From: Nitrosarchaeum sp.
GTDB taxonomy: Archaea > Thermoproteota > Nitrososphaeria > Nitrososphaerales > Nitrosopumilaceae
Direction of reading: 5' to 3'
Assembly: GCA_965223865.1 (NCBI GenBank)
Contig: OZ245020.1
Span: 1 to 64,000, forward strand
DNA length: 64,000 bases
The notes beneath the pieces were generated by a model that was not told the DNA's origin, did not search any database, and saw only the letters and a program-made list of their open reading frames with translations. This document shows, in pieces, positions 28,646 through 38,728 of this stretch (position 1 is its first letter; each line of letters begins with the position of its first letter). The position numbers and the translations under genes are program-made.

Positions 28646-31600
28646 CTATACTTTGATTATACCTTTTTTTATCAAGTATTGAATTGAGTCAAAGAATTCC
28701 TTATCAGACACTTGGTTATTTGACCACCATTTAGCATTATTTTTTGTCCAATCTGGAATCACTTTTTCAGAAATTTGACCTCTTTCTCCAGAACTGGAAA
28801 TGATTTTCTCCTCAATGAGATACTCTATTGTATCAATAAATTCCGAACCGGTAATAACAGATGATGACCACATTTTAGCATCATCTTTAATCCAAGAGGG
28901 AATATTTTTGCCCAATACATTAAATGAGACAGAACCTAATTGCTCTCCAGCATACTCCAAATTAATTTCATATTTTCCCGGTAATGAACTTGAATTAATA
29001 GTGAGTATAGTTTTATAATTTCCGCTATTTGTTACACCTGCACTAAATTCCTGTATTTTTCCATTAGGGTGAATTAAAGTTAAAGATAATGGAATTCCTC
29101 TTTTTTGATTATCGATACTGCCAGAAAGTATTACTTCTTTTACAGTACCTGATAAAGGAAGTGGGAATTCAGTAGTGCTAAGTTGTGGATAATGGTAACT
29201 GAAATTAGATGGGGTTGAGGATAACTGTCTATTATTTGATGAACTAAAAATGTTTGATTTTCCTGATGCATCTCTAGAATCAAAGTATTTTATTTCAATG
29301 CCACCACCTGCAGGAGATATTAATTGTGTTCCACTTTTGTTGCAAATTTTTGAAGGCATGTTAAATGAACCCTCAAAAATTCCTGTACTGGGACCTGTTT
29401 CAATCAGATTAAATCCAGTAGAGGCCAACCCTCCATGGTCTACACCATTAATAGTACATCTTTTGTATCTTACATCTTTTATCAAAATCTCTAGCATCTT
29501 TACTCCATTTTTACCAACAGTATCCACATTGGGAGAATTAGAATCATTTATGACAGAATAAATATCAATTTTATCACTTCTTAGATTAAGATCTGGATCA
29601 TTTAGAATTATAACTACAGATTGCCCGAATCTGTAAGTAGAACCGGTGGAGACAACACCGGAATGGGTAACAATATCAGACTTTGTAGAAATAGTAGTAC
29701 TCAAACCAACTTCATCTAAATCAGAATAAGAGATGAAAACACCTTCCTCATCAACCGATCTATCAGTGATAAGAAATTTTACATCATCATCAATCGTGTT
29801 AATTGTTTTGATAAAATTTACATCAAGTATGTTTAATTGATTAGTAATAGCATATTCTAGTGTTCCCTCAAAAGTGGAAGAATCATCACTTGTTTCTTCC
29901 AGTTCAAATCGATAGATAGAATTATTGATTCCATTTAAGCTGTCATCCAATCCAAAAGAAAAAAGATCAAAAATAATTGGTTGAAGATTAGATTCATTTG
30001 AAACAGTCATAGCATTTGTGCCAAAATTAATGACTAAAAATACAGACCCACTTTCATTGAAAATATTTTCTATAGTATTATCATCAATTTGAATAAATCC
30101 TTTGGAAGAAGTTATGTCTCCTGGATTCACTAAGGTTAGAGGTGAGGAAGGAAAAGAGCCAAAATGGAAATCGATTCTTGTATCAGAAAAATCATTTATT
30201 CCGAAGTCATTTTCAAGGGATCTAAAGTCATAATTTAGCCAGTTTGTACCAAGATTTCTCGAATTATTATCAATCAAAATTGATCGGATTTCAGATGCAG
30301 TAATCCCAAGATTTAGTGAGATTTGTTTAAAGTTGGACCCAGATAATGGATTTGTCTTGGTATCCAAAAATAATCTAGCTGAATTTTTATCTTGAATAGA
30401 AGATAGTACATTTTCACCATTCACAAAATTATTTGAATTTGGATAAAATATTACATTAGAAGATTTTTCTAGAGTCACAGGGTTGCCAATCTCTAGTGTA
30501 GGTATAAGGGAAGAATCTCTAAAAACATCCAAGTCATCTTGAGAATTACCGTTGAAGTTTTGGTCAGGATCCCGAAGAATTAGAGGATATTCAATTCCAG
30601 GAGATAATGAGCCTACATTACTTTCTATTTTTAATTCTGGTTTGTCTAGGGACAGAGAACCGGTTGTAAAACCTGTAAGAATAGAAACTGAATCTTGATT
30701 ATAGGTTATTATTCCTGTTTCTCCACGAGGCGCATTTGAAGTAATTCCTATTGTAGATTGATCACTATGATCAGAGCTGTCAAAAATTCCAGAATTTGGT
30801 CCTTTCTCTACAAAAGTTACTATTTCATTATAAGAGGAAGTTCCTCCATCTGTAATTGAAAGTTGGTTATTTTGATTATCATTTGTTTTTAGTTCAATTA
30901 CAGAACCTAAAGACATTGAAAACTCTCCATTATCTTCAAAACCAAGATTTGAGAGATGAGGTATCAAGTTTACAAGGCCGGCGGTTCCAGCTGCGGATTC
31001 TTGTCCTTTGTTATTGAATGCTTGATAAAATGTAGCAGGGTTAGATTCAACACTAAAAGTCCATGAATCCTCATCTGTAGGATCTTGATTTAATTGAAAA
31101 TCATTGATACTTACAAAAACTTCTGAGTTACGTGGATATTGTTCTCTATCATGAATTAGTAAAATATTTGGAATCTCATCATACTCAAGATCTACTCTTT
31201 GTGCTTCACCAGCTGGATTGTATTGAATGGTGACATCATTACTAAAAGAAAATAATTGAATAAATGGCCATGTATCTTCAACAATACCAATCTGTCCTTC
31301 ACCAGGATTTGGGAAGTTAGATGGGTTTTTTGCTTTTCTAACAACGTTGTTGCTATCATTAAATGTACCCGTACAGTTATCGTATGGATATGATACTCCA
31401 TCAGCATCACTAAGATCAACACCTATGACAGTAGTACCGTCTGATACTGAACAGATTGAACCAAAGTCTAATCCTTCACCAACTAAACCCACTGTAGAAT
31501 CTGCCGCATTTGCTCCATCTATATTTGCAAAATATGCATACCAATTCCCGTCTGTTGCCTGAACCATTCGAAGTAATTTGCCATTTAGGGTAACATCTGG

Positions 31601-31801
31601 TTCTCCTTTTCCTTCATCAGTATTTCTAATATCATTATCTCTGATTACAACTTCGACCACCATTGAACCCGAAAAATGATTTACAAATTCTGAATTTTCA
31701 GCAGATACAAACAAGTTTTGGTTATTAGCAGCTTCTGCCTGAATAATTGGAAAAATAGAGATTGTAGCTAAAAATAAAAAAGCTAAGAGAATTTTGTTCA
31801 T
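28646..31801 (-). CDS. large secreted S-layer-protein paralogue with two C-terminal IPxWxK domains
   Basis: NLFVSAENS..GEPDVTLNGK.LRMVQA.DGNWY start recalled from Nitrosopumilus SLP; repeated ETG.STG.F and DPD.N motifs; IPSWIK and IPDWTK repeats. Confidence 0.75.
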   Translation of the reverse strand: MNKILLAFLFLATISIFPIIQAEAANNQNLFVSAENSEFVNHFSGSMVVEVVIRDNDIRNTDEGKGEPDVTLNGKLLRMVQATDGNWYAYFANIDGANAADSTVGLVGEGLDFGSICSVSDGTTVIGVDLSDADGVSYPYDNCTGTFNDSNNVVRKAKNPSNFPNPGEGQIGIVEDTWPFIQLFSFSNDVTIQYNPAGEAQRVDLEYDEIPNILLIHDREQYPRNSEVFVSINDFQLNQDPTDEDSWTFSVESNPATFYQAFNNKGQESAAGTAGLVNLIPHLSNLGFEDNGEFSMSLGSVIELKTNDNQNNQLSITDGGTSSYNEIVTFVEKGPNSGIFDSSDHSDQSTIGITSNAPRGETGIITYNQDSVSILTGFTTGSLSLDKPELKIESNVGSLSPGIEYPLILRDPDQNFNGNSQDDLDVFRDSSLIPTLEIGNPVTLEKSSNVIFYPNSNNFVNGENVLSSIQDKNSARLFLDTKTNPLSGSNFKQISLNLGITASEIRSILIDNNSRNLGTNWLNYDFRSLENDFGINDFSDTRIDFHFGSFPSSPLTLVNPGDITSSKGFIQIDDNTIENIFNESGSVFLVINFGTNAMTVSNESNLQPIIFDLFSFGLDDSLNGINNSIYRFELEETSDDSSTFEGTLEYAITNQLNILDVNFIKTINTIDDDVKFLITDRSVDEEGVFISYSDLDEVGLSTTISTKSDIVTHSGVVSTGSTYRFGQSVVIILNDPDLNLRSDKIDIYSVINDSNSPNVDTVGKNGVKMLEILIKDVRYKRCTINGVDHGGLASTGFNLIETGPSTGIFEGSFNMPSKICNKSGTQLISPAGGGIEIKYFDSRDASGKSNIFSSSNNRQLSSTPSNFSYHYPQLSTTEFPLPLSGTVKEVILSGSIDNQKRGIPLSLTLIHPNGKIQEFSAGVTNSGNYKTILTINSSSLPGKYEINLEYAGEQLGSVSFNVLGKNIPSWIKDDAKMWSSSVITGSEFIDTIEYLIEEKIISSSGERGQISEKVIPDWTKNNAKWWSNNQVSDKEFFDSIQYLIKKGIIKV

Positions 31802-31896
31802 CGTACAAGAAATCACCATTCATGACAAATAATCTTGTCGCATAATTTCTCTTTAGAATGGTTGTAATACATGATATGATTAAATTAACAAGAGAA

Positions 31897-33249
31897 ATGT
31901 TTGTTCAAAGAACTCGAGTATTACAAATTTCACTTCTGGCCATATTTTCTGCATTTCTTGTAGAATTTGTATTTGGTTTAGTTTCAAATAGTTTGGGACT
32001 AATTACAGATAGTATTCATGCCTTATTAGATAGTGTAGTTACCGTTGTACTGCTTTTAGCAGCAAGAATGGCAATAAAACCACCAGATGAGGAGCATACC
32101 TATGGTCATGGAAAGGTCGAATCATTAGGAGGGTTGATTGGAGGAATCGCGATTTTTCTAATTGCGATATTTTTCATTTATGAGTCAATTCAAAGATTGC
32201 AAAATCCACCACCAAATGTACTGCCAGGATTATTTGCTATGATTGGAGGCTTGTATACAATTGGCATTGATATTTTTAGAATAATTCTTTTGAGAAGATC
32301 AATTAAAAAAATTGGAGGAAATACTCTCAAAGCTGATTTTTATCACGCGTTTATGGATTTAGGATCTACGCTCGTAGCGATTGTAGGAATTGTATTTGTA
32401 ACCTATGGATTTTACAGTGGAGACTTTATCGCTGCATTAATTTTGGGTGTTGTGCTAGTAATTCTTAGTATAAAATTAGTGCATAAAACAGCGCAAGATC
32501 TTACAGATATAATTTCACCTGACCTCGTTAAAAAAGTCAAAGTCATAGTTGCAAATACTGAAGGAGTAATAAACACTGAAGCAATTCTGATGAGAAGATC
32601 TGGAGATACGATCTTTGCAGATATTACAATATCACTGAGAGGAGATACAAGTTTTGAAAATGCACATGAAGTAAGTAATAAAGTTGAAAACAACATCAAA
32701 AATGAAATTTCAAATGCTGCAATTACAATTCATTTTGAACCAAATTGGAAGAATGTACCATTAGATGCAAAAATTTTTGATGTTGCAAAAGATATTGATG
32801 GAGTTAGAGGAGTACACAATGTCAGCACACATAAAACAAAGGGTAAGACCTTTGCAAATCTACATGTCATGGTAGATAGAGAAATTAATCTATATTCTGC
32901 TCACAAAATTTCTGAAACAGTTGAACAGAAAATTCAACAAAACATTCCAAAAATAGAACATGTAACAATTCATTTAGAACCTTTTGTAATGGTACCAGAA
33001 AATTTCAGCATTGAGGATAAAGAAACTGAAAATAAAATTCGTGGTATTTTAGAAAATTATCATGAAATAAAAAAAATTGGACGGATTGTTTCATTAAATT
33101 TTGAAAATATTCTCAAAATTGATATTGACTGTTCTTTTGACAAGGAATTATCAATAGAAAAAGTTCATGATTTAACTTCAAAGATAGAACATATAATCAG
33201 ATCAGAAATAAAAAATGCAGTTATTACAATACATCCAGAACCAATTTGA
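31897..33249 (+). CDS. cation diffusion facilitator (CDF) transporter with three tandem C-terminal dimerisation domains
   Basis: DSIHALLD, HTYGHGKVE, ADFYHAFMD; TIH.EP motif three times. Confidence 0.92.
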   Translation: MFVQRTRVLQISLLAIFSAFLVEFVFGLVSNSLGLITDSIHALLDSVVTVVLLLAARMAIKPPDEEHTYGHGKVESLGGLIGGIAIFLIAIFFIYESIQRLQNPPPNVLPGLFAMIGGLYTIGIDIFRIILLRRSIKKIGGNTLKADFYHAFMDLGSTLVAIVGIVFVTYGFYSGDFIAALILGVVLVILSIKLVHKTAQDLTDIISPDLVKKVKVIVANTEGVINTEAILMRRSGDTIFADITISLRGDTSFENAHEVSNKVENNIKNEISNAAITIHFEPNWKNVPLDAKIFDVAKDIDGVRGVHNVSTHKTKGKTFANLHVMVDREINLYSAHKISETVEQKIQQNIPKIEHVTIHLEPFVMVPENFSIEDKETENKIRGILENYHEIKKIGRIVSLNFENILKIDIDCSFDKELSIEKVHDLTSKIEHIIRSEIKNAVITIHPEPI

Positions 33250-33648
33250 TTATATCAAAATGCTGGTAAGATACATGATTAACATCCTAAAGCAAATCCA
33301 GATGCAACTGCGGCACTAGATAGATTTTTGTCTTCTCTTATCCACTTTAGAATAATTACAATTACTTGAAAAATAGCTCCTGCTCCAATAGATAGAAAAA
33401 TTACAGAGGAAAAGGGAGAATACATGAATCCTCCTAGCCATGCACCAAAAATTGCAGGGGCACCTGCTATCATTCCCATAGCAGCAAGTTTTCCAATCAT
33501 AGGTTTTCTTCTAGTCATTGGAGAAGCAATAGCAATACCCTCAGTAGTGTTATGCAATGCAAATCCTACAATAAGGAAGGTACTCAGTGCTACCTGACCA
33601 AGACCTACTGCGGTTCCTATTGCCAATCCTTCTCCAAAATTAGGTTTA
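33250..33648 (-). pseudogene. ZIP-family metal transporter remnant (5'-truncated, frameshift near 3' end)
   Basis: NFGEGLAIG and ALHNTTEG signatures; in-frame stop just upstream; C-terminal MLIMYLTSILI* lies in another frame after GFALG. Confidence 0.8.
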
Positions 33649-33674
33649 AACTAAACATAATTATCAAAAAAATT

Positions 33675-34172
33675 GTGCAAAAATCTGGCATATTACTAAT
33701 AGTTGTTGGAGTATTAGTAGCAACAGGAATTGTATTATCATTTTATGGAAATCAGGTGATTTTTGAGGATTTAGCAAAAAAAGAAGGAGATGTAAGATTT
33801 GGCGAAAATTTAGAAGTTACAATTGAATTAGACCAATCAGAGAATAAAAAAGGAATTTACGCTATTCAAATTCTCAATTTTAAAGAAGGAGTATTTTCAG
33901 CAAGTGTTTATGACCCTTTGGGGATACAAATAGAATCTAGTTCAATTAATGAAGAGGTTTTTGAAGGGTCGTTTGATATTATTTCTTCAGGAACATACCA
34001 GTTAATTATTGAAAGTAATGTTCAAGAAGAAACTAGAATTTTGGGTGTTATTGGTCCTGAACCAGATGCGGGGGCAAAATCTCTAGGTTTCATTTCTCTG
34101 TATATTCTAATCATAGGAGTGATAGGAATGGCAGGAGTTGGAATTTATGCTATAAAGAGTAGACGCAAATAA
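33675..34172 (+). CDS. hypothetical membrane protein (N- and C-terminal TM helices flanking a beta-rich domain)
   Basis: Two hydrophobic segments, basic tail KSRRK; GTG start assumed. Confidence 0.7.
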   Translation: MQKSGILLIVVGVLVATGIVLSFYGNQVIFEDLAKKEGDVRFGENLEVTIELDQSENKKGIYAIQILNFKEGVFSASVYDPLGIQIESSSINEEVFEGSFDIISSGTYQLIIESNVQEETRILGVIGPEPDAGAKSLGFISLYILIIGVIGMAGVGIYAIKSRRK

Positions 34173-34484
34173 TTAGTTTAGGTAACTATCCATTTTTTCT
34201 AGATTGCTTATTGTTGAGTCAAAATTTTCACTGTTTTCAACAATTTGATTTAATTTTTGAGTATTTGCCGTAAGAACAAGGTTTCCATTTTCAGATGTTT
34301 GGTGAATAAAGTCATGATCTAATAAATAAGACAATCTTTCTAAAACCTCATTTTCAGAGATGGATGATTTTTCAGCTAGAAAAGAGCAATCCTTCGGACC
34401 ATCTTCTAGTTCTGCTAGAATTGATGAAGTTATAGAATCAAACATACAATCAACTACTTTTTCTCTATCGAAATCATTGGCCAT
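34173..34484 (-). CDS. small winged-helix (ArsR-like) protein
   Basis: ILAELEDGP..CSFLAE....S..EV..RL..L pattern. Confidence 0.6.
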   Translation of the reverse strand: MANDFDREKVVDCMFDSITSSILAELEDGPKDCSFLAEKSSISENEVLERLSYLLDHDFIHQTSENGNLVLTANTQKLNQIVENSENFDSTISNLEKMDSYLN

Positions 34485-34590
34485 TTTAAAAAAATATGTT
34501 ATACAAATAAAAAACTTTTTCAAAAAAATAACGATTTCACGATCTCATGAAAACTAATAAGATAATTAGTGAAATTCCATATTAAATAAT

Positions 34591-34743
34591 ATGCAGAAAT
34601 TATGTAGTAAGGACGTATCTGGAAAAGGGGAGCATTGTTACTGTATTAACATTGATGCTCAAAGTGGCATCAAAAAATGTTGTAGATGTAATCAATGGAA
34701 CCTACAGGGCCGAAATTGGACTGAAGATGCAGACTTTAGATAA
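34591..34743 (+). CDS. 50-aa Cys-rich microprotein (not in ORF track)
   Basis: MQKLCSKDVSGKGEHCYCINIDAQSGIKKCCRCNQWNLQGRNWTEDADFR*; six Cys plus one His. Confidence 0.6.
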   Translation: MQKLCSKDVSGKGEHCYCINIDAQSGIKKCCRCNQWNLQGRNWTEDADFR

Positions 34744-34853
34744 AATTGATACTCTAAGACGAGGGTTCATTCAAAGAAGAATATTTAGGAACAATGAAGG
34801 CTGATCGACGCCTAGCATGGTTTTTATCGGGGTAACTTTGAATTTTTGAATAC

Positions 34854-35408
34854 TTGAGTTCACAAGAATATAGACATATTGTTAGGATAGTAGGAAATGA
34901 TATTCCGGGAGCAAAGAAAGTTCTCATTGGTTTAACTCAAATTAAAGGCATAGGATATAATTTTGCCACTGCAATTTTAGATACTCTAAAAATTAACACC
35001 AATTCAAACATAGGATTTCTAACCGAATCAGATGTTCAAGCAATTGAAAAATTGATTACTGATCCTTCCTCTGGAAATTTCCCTATATGGTTCCTTAATA
35101 GAAGAAAAGATATTGAAACAGGTGCCGATATACACATGTTAACTTCGGACATTGATTTTACTCTAAGAAATGATATTGAACGCGAAAGAATTACCGCCAG
35201 TTGGAGAGGATATCGTCATCTAAATGGTCTTAAAGTTAGAGGACAAAGAACCAGAACGACAGGAAGAAAAGGCGGAGCAGTCGGAGTAGCTAAAGGAGGA
35301 AAAGCAGCACCTGCAAAAGCTGCAGCTCCTGCAGCAGTAGCAGCACCAACAGCAGCATCTCCTGAAGCTGAAGAAAAGAAAGAGACAATAGAGGAGAAAA
35401 AAGAATAG
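34854..35408 (+). CDS. rps13: 30S ribosomal protein S13 (uS13)
   Basis: [25 protein letters not shown]; Ala/Pro/Glu-rich tail. Confidence 0.97.
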   Translation: MSSQEYRHIVRIVGNDIPGAKKVLIGLTQIKGIGYNFATAILDTLKINTNSNIGFLTESDVQAIEKLITDPSSGNFPIWFLNRRKDIETGADIHMLTSDIDFTLRNDIERERITASWRGYRHLNGLKVRGQRTRTTGRKGGAVGVAKGGKAAPAKAAAPAAVAAPTAASPEAEEKKETIEEKKE

Positions 35409-35416
35409 GTGATTAG

Positions 35417-36019
35417 ATGGGAGATCCTAAATATTCACGTCGTGTTTGGAGAAAACCAAAGAGACCTCTAAATTACGAATTAAAAATGGAAGAATTAAAA
35501 ATTCTAGGAACTTTTGGATTAAGAACTAAAAGAGAGTTGTGGAAAGCACATACAGAATTATCACGTGTTAGACACCAAGCAAGATCATTACTAGCTTTAA
35601 GACAGGATGAAAGACAAGAAAAAGAACCAATTTTAATGAAATCCTTAGCAAGAATTGGATTAGTAAGTAGTGGTGCAACATTAGATGATGTGCTTAATTT
35701 ACAAGTCGATGATCTCCTTTCAAGAAGATTACAATCAATTGTATTGAAGAAGCTAGGATTCAAAACACCCTACCAAGCAAGGCAAGCAATTATTCATGGA
35801 CATATTATGATTAAAGATAGAAAAGTGGACATTCCATCATACGTTGTAACATTAGAGGAAGAGGAAGAAGTTCACTTTGCACCTGAATCGAAAATTCCAG
35901 AAATTCTAGAAAAGTCAAAATCATCTGATTCAGAGTCAAAACCAGAAGTGGAAGTTAGTGAAGCATCTGAAAAAGATACAGATGATACTTCTAAAGTTGA
36001 AAAATCTTCAACTGAGTAA
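35417..36019 (+). CDS. rps4: 30S ribosomal protein S4 (uS4)
   Basis: MGDP, GLRTKRELW, RRLQ, QARQAIIHGHI; acidic tail. Confidence 0.97.
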   Translation: MGDPKYSRRVWRKPKRPLNYELKMEELKILGTFGLRTKRELWKAHTELSRVRHQARSLLALRQDERQEKEPILMKSLARIGLVSSGATLDDVLNLQVDDLLSRRLQSIVLKKLGFKTPYQARQAIIHGHIMIKDRKVDIPSYVVTLEEEEEVHFAPESKIPEILEKSKSSDSESKPEVEVSEASEKDTDDTSKVEKSSTE

Positions 36020-36122
36020 ATAATGGCAATATCCCCATTAGAAAATAACCAAAATTATTAACACTTGTTTGTTTGAATATCATTCTTATGGTCAGATTGA
36101 ATTAATAAAAATGGCTTATAAT

Positions 36123-37187
36123 TTACAATGAAGTAAAAAGTCGATGATATTCTTGTTCTGATAATTCCATAAAGCGGTCCGAATTATTTCCAGTTTTTAG
36201 CATTGATGCAATAATACTACCTCCTGCGCCAACTCCTTCTTTTGCAAATCCTTCTGAAAATGCTTTCAATCCCGAAAACTTTGAATTTTTTAGTCCTGGA
36301 TCAACTGCTATAGCAGGAATATCTGCAATTTCAGAAACAAGAGATTTGAAATTTGCACTTTTATCATTGATTATGTAAGAAGTAGTTCCAATAGCAGTGT
36401 TATTTTCATTGAAACCTATTTGTGAAGCAAATGCTAAAACAGCAGTCATTTGAGTACCGCCAGCTAACATTACTTTAGAAATTTCAGAAGCGGAACTCAG
36501 CATACCAGTAACAAAAGCAATCATAGGGTCACCCAGATTTGCTACAACATTGTAGGGTTGGTCTGAAGTTAATCTTTCTAAGGCAGAGTCAACAATTCTA
36601 TTTTTTAGATCTACTGGATTATTTGGAATGCTAGAGCTTACTTTAGCATTAAAGCCTAATCCCCTAAGGACTGCAAGTGCGGTTGTTGTTCCACCGGGTA
36701 AACTTTCACCAATTATCAGGCAATCAGTCATAGATGCCAAACTTCTACCCACAATTCTCCCGTAATCCACAGCTTGTGCAATTTGAGAATCATTCATGGC
36801 AGATTCTAAAGAGATGTTTTTTCCAGGGTTTAATCCAGTTTGGATAAAAGGTAATTGTGGAGAAATTTTACTTCCTGCATTTATTACCAGATGAGGAATG
36901 CTAGATGACTCTAGTGCTGTTTTTGTAAGGAGGGCAGGAGTGGGTTTTCCGTCAGGAGTCATGGGAATTTTGTTTATTGTTTTACAGTATCCATAGTGGA
37001 GATATTCAGCATCTCCAGGAGGGGTGAACTGAATAGAATTATTATCAGCACCTGCAAAGGTTATACCAGGAATCTCACAAGTTTGGGTATAAGATATAAC
37101 AAATGAAAATAAAAAATTTCCAGATTTTAATGAATCCATAAAATTGTGGGCCTTGTTGGTATTCCCAAACAATTCAAAATCATTCAA
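36123..37187 (-). CDS. cobT: archaeal CobT-like nicotinate-nucleotide phosphoribosyltransferase (TIGR00303-like)
   Basis: IPGITFAG, PTPA, GESLPGGTTTA, LAGGTQM, KEGVGAGG. Confidence 0.82.
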   Translation of the reverse strand: MNDFELFGNTNKAHNFMDSLKSGNFLFSFVISYTQTCEIPGITFAGADNNSIQFTPPGDAEYLHYGYCKTINKIPMTPDGKPTPALLTKTALESSSIPHLVINAGSKISPQLPFIQTGLNPGKNISLESAMNDSQIAQAVDYGRIVGRSLASMTDCLIIGESLPGGTTTALAVLRGLGFNAKVSSSIPNNPVDLKNRIVDSALERLTSDQPYNVVANLGDPMIAFVTGMLSSASEISKVMLAGGTQMTAVLAFASQIGFNENNTAIGTTSYIINDKSANFKSLVSEIADIPAIAVDPGLKNSKFSGLKAFSEGFAKEGVGAGGSIIASMLKTGNNSDRFMELSEQEYHRLFTSL

Positions 37188-37193
37188 GAAAAA

Positions 37194-37805
37194 TCACTGA
37201 CCCATCATTTCAATAAATTCTTTTTCAGTTCTTTTCTGCATTACAAGGTTTGTAATCTTTTCCTGTCCAATAGTCGAGGTTTCTACATGACCATAATTAT
37301 GACCCGGATACAAAACAAGATTGTCATCTAATGAATACAATACATCAAAAAGACTATGATAGAGTTCCTTTGCACTGCCTCCTGGAAGGTCAACTCTACC
37401 ACAATTTCCCACAAAAAGGGTATCACCAGAAAATATTTTTCCATCCCCTATTAGGCACATACTATCTTTTGAATGACCTGGAGTATGGTAAACAGTTAAT
37501 TTTGACGCTCCAAATTCAATTACATCACCATCTTTAACAGAAATATCATGTTTTAATTCAGAAGCCTCATGTTGAATAATTTTTGCATTTGTAGAATCAA
37601 CCATTCCTTCATTTCCCAATGTATGATCAAAATGATGATGAGTGTTTACTATGTATTTAATTTTAAGATCATTTCGTTTTATGATTAGTTCTATCTCAAT
37701 AAGATCCCAAGAGGGGTCAACAATGATTGCCTCTCCGGTTTTCTCATCTTCTACTACATAGGTAAAATTCTGCATGTTTCCTACTTGAATTTGATGGACT
37801 TTCAT
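37194..37805 (-). CDS. metallo-beta-lactamase-fold hydrolase (glyoxalase II-like)
   Basis: THHHFDH, TPGHS, SGDTLF, YPGH. Confidence 0.92.
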   Translation of the reverse strand: MKVHQIQVGNMQNFTYVVEDEKTGEAIIVDPSWDLIEIELIIKRNDLKIKYIVNTHHHFDHTLGNEGMVDSTNAKIIQHEASELKHDISVKDGDVIEFGASKLTVYHTPGHSKDSMCLIGDGKIFSGDTLFVGNCGRVDLPGGSAKELYHSLFDVLYSLDDNLVLYPGHNYGHVETSTIGQEKITNLVMQKRTEKEFIEMMGQ

Positions 37806-38449
37806 AGAATTCCCTCTTCTGCTTCAGGGGGAATGCCTATCTTTTCTGCAAATAATTCTCCAGTCAAATCTTTTCTTTTAGGAATACCCTGTTTCATTTT
37901 GTGAAATGTTACGGTCATATCGGATTTTACAAATATGTTTGCAGTTTCTCCAGTTTGAGGATCTAGACCAGAGGGAACGTCAACTGCAAACTTGAAGCAA
38001 TTGGTATCATTGATGTAATTTATGGCAGAAGCATAAGGTTCTCTTATTTCTCCAGATATTCCTGTTCCTAGAATCCCATCAACAATAATATCTGGAGTAA
38101 AACCAAATTCAAGATTACTGCCTGAAAGCAACTTTACAGATGGCATCTTTTTTAGAATTGTCCAATTCCAATTGCTTTCTTCAGTTTTGATATTATTTGG
38201 AGATCCCAAAAGCATTACTGTTACGTTGGAATTGTATCCAGCTAGGTGTCTTGCCATGACTAATCCATCACCACCATTATTACCCATTCCAACAAAAATC
38301 AGAATGTTTTTTGATTCAACATTTCCTATTTTTTCAACTAATCTTCGTACAGCTGCTGCTCCTGCATTTTCCATCATGAATTTTTTTAAAAAGCCCATAT
38401 CATGACCTTTATTTTCAATTTGGTACATTTGATCTACTGTAATTTCCAT
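37802..38449 (-). CDS. nnrE: NAD(P)H-hydrate epimerase (YjeF_N)
   Basis: MENAG, GNNGGDG, VDGILGTG, DVPSG. Confidence 0.92.
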   Translation of the reverse strand: MEITVDQMYQIENKGHDMGFLKKFMMENAGAAAVRRLVEKIGNVESKNILIFVGMGNNGGDGLVMARHLAGYNSNVTVMLLGSPNNIKTEESNWNWTILKKMPSVKLLSGSNLEFGFTPDIIVDGILGTGISGEIREPYASAINYINDTNCFKFAVDVPSGLDPQTGETANIFVKSDMTVTFHKMKQGIPKRKDLTGELFAEKIGIPPEAEEGIL

Positions 38450-38728
38450 AATTTACAGAAATATTGTACCAAAATAAGAGCTTTGAGAATAAAGTTTAGG
38501 CATAAAACAAGAACAGGTATTAAAAAATAAATTAATCTAAAAATTTAATGCATGAATATTTTTTCCAGATAAAATTGTGATGCTACAATGATGAATCCGA
38601 AAGATGAATTTCATAGTAATTACTTTTCAAATAGTTACCAGCATAAATAATTCTATTTTGTAAAACAGTATTTGTTTTGCCTCTGAAATTTTCCAAACGG
38701 CTTTATCCTAGTTTTTACATTGCGAATT

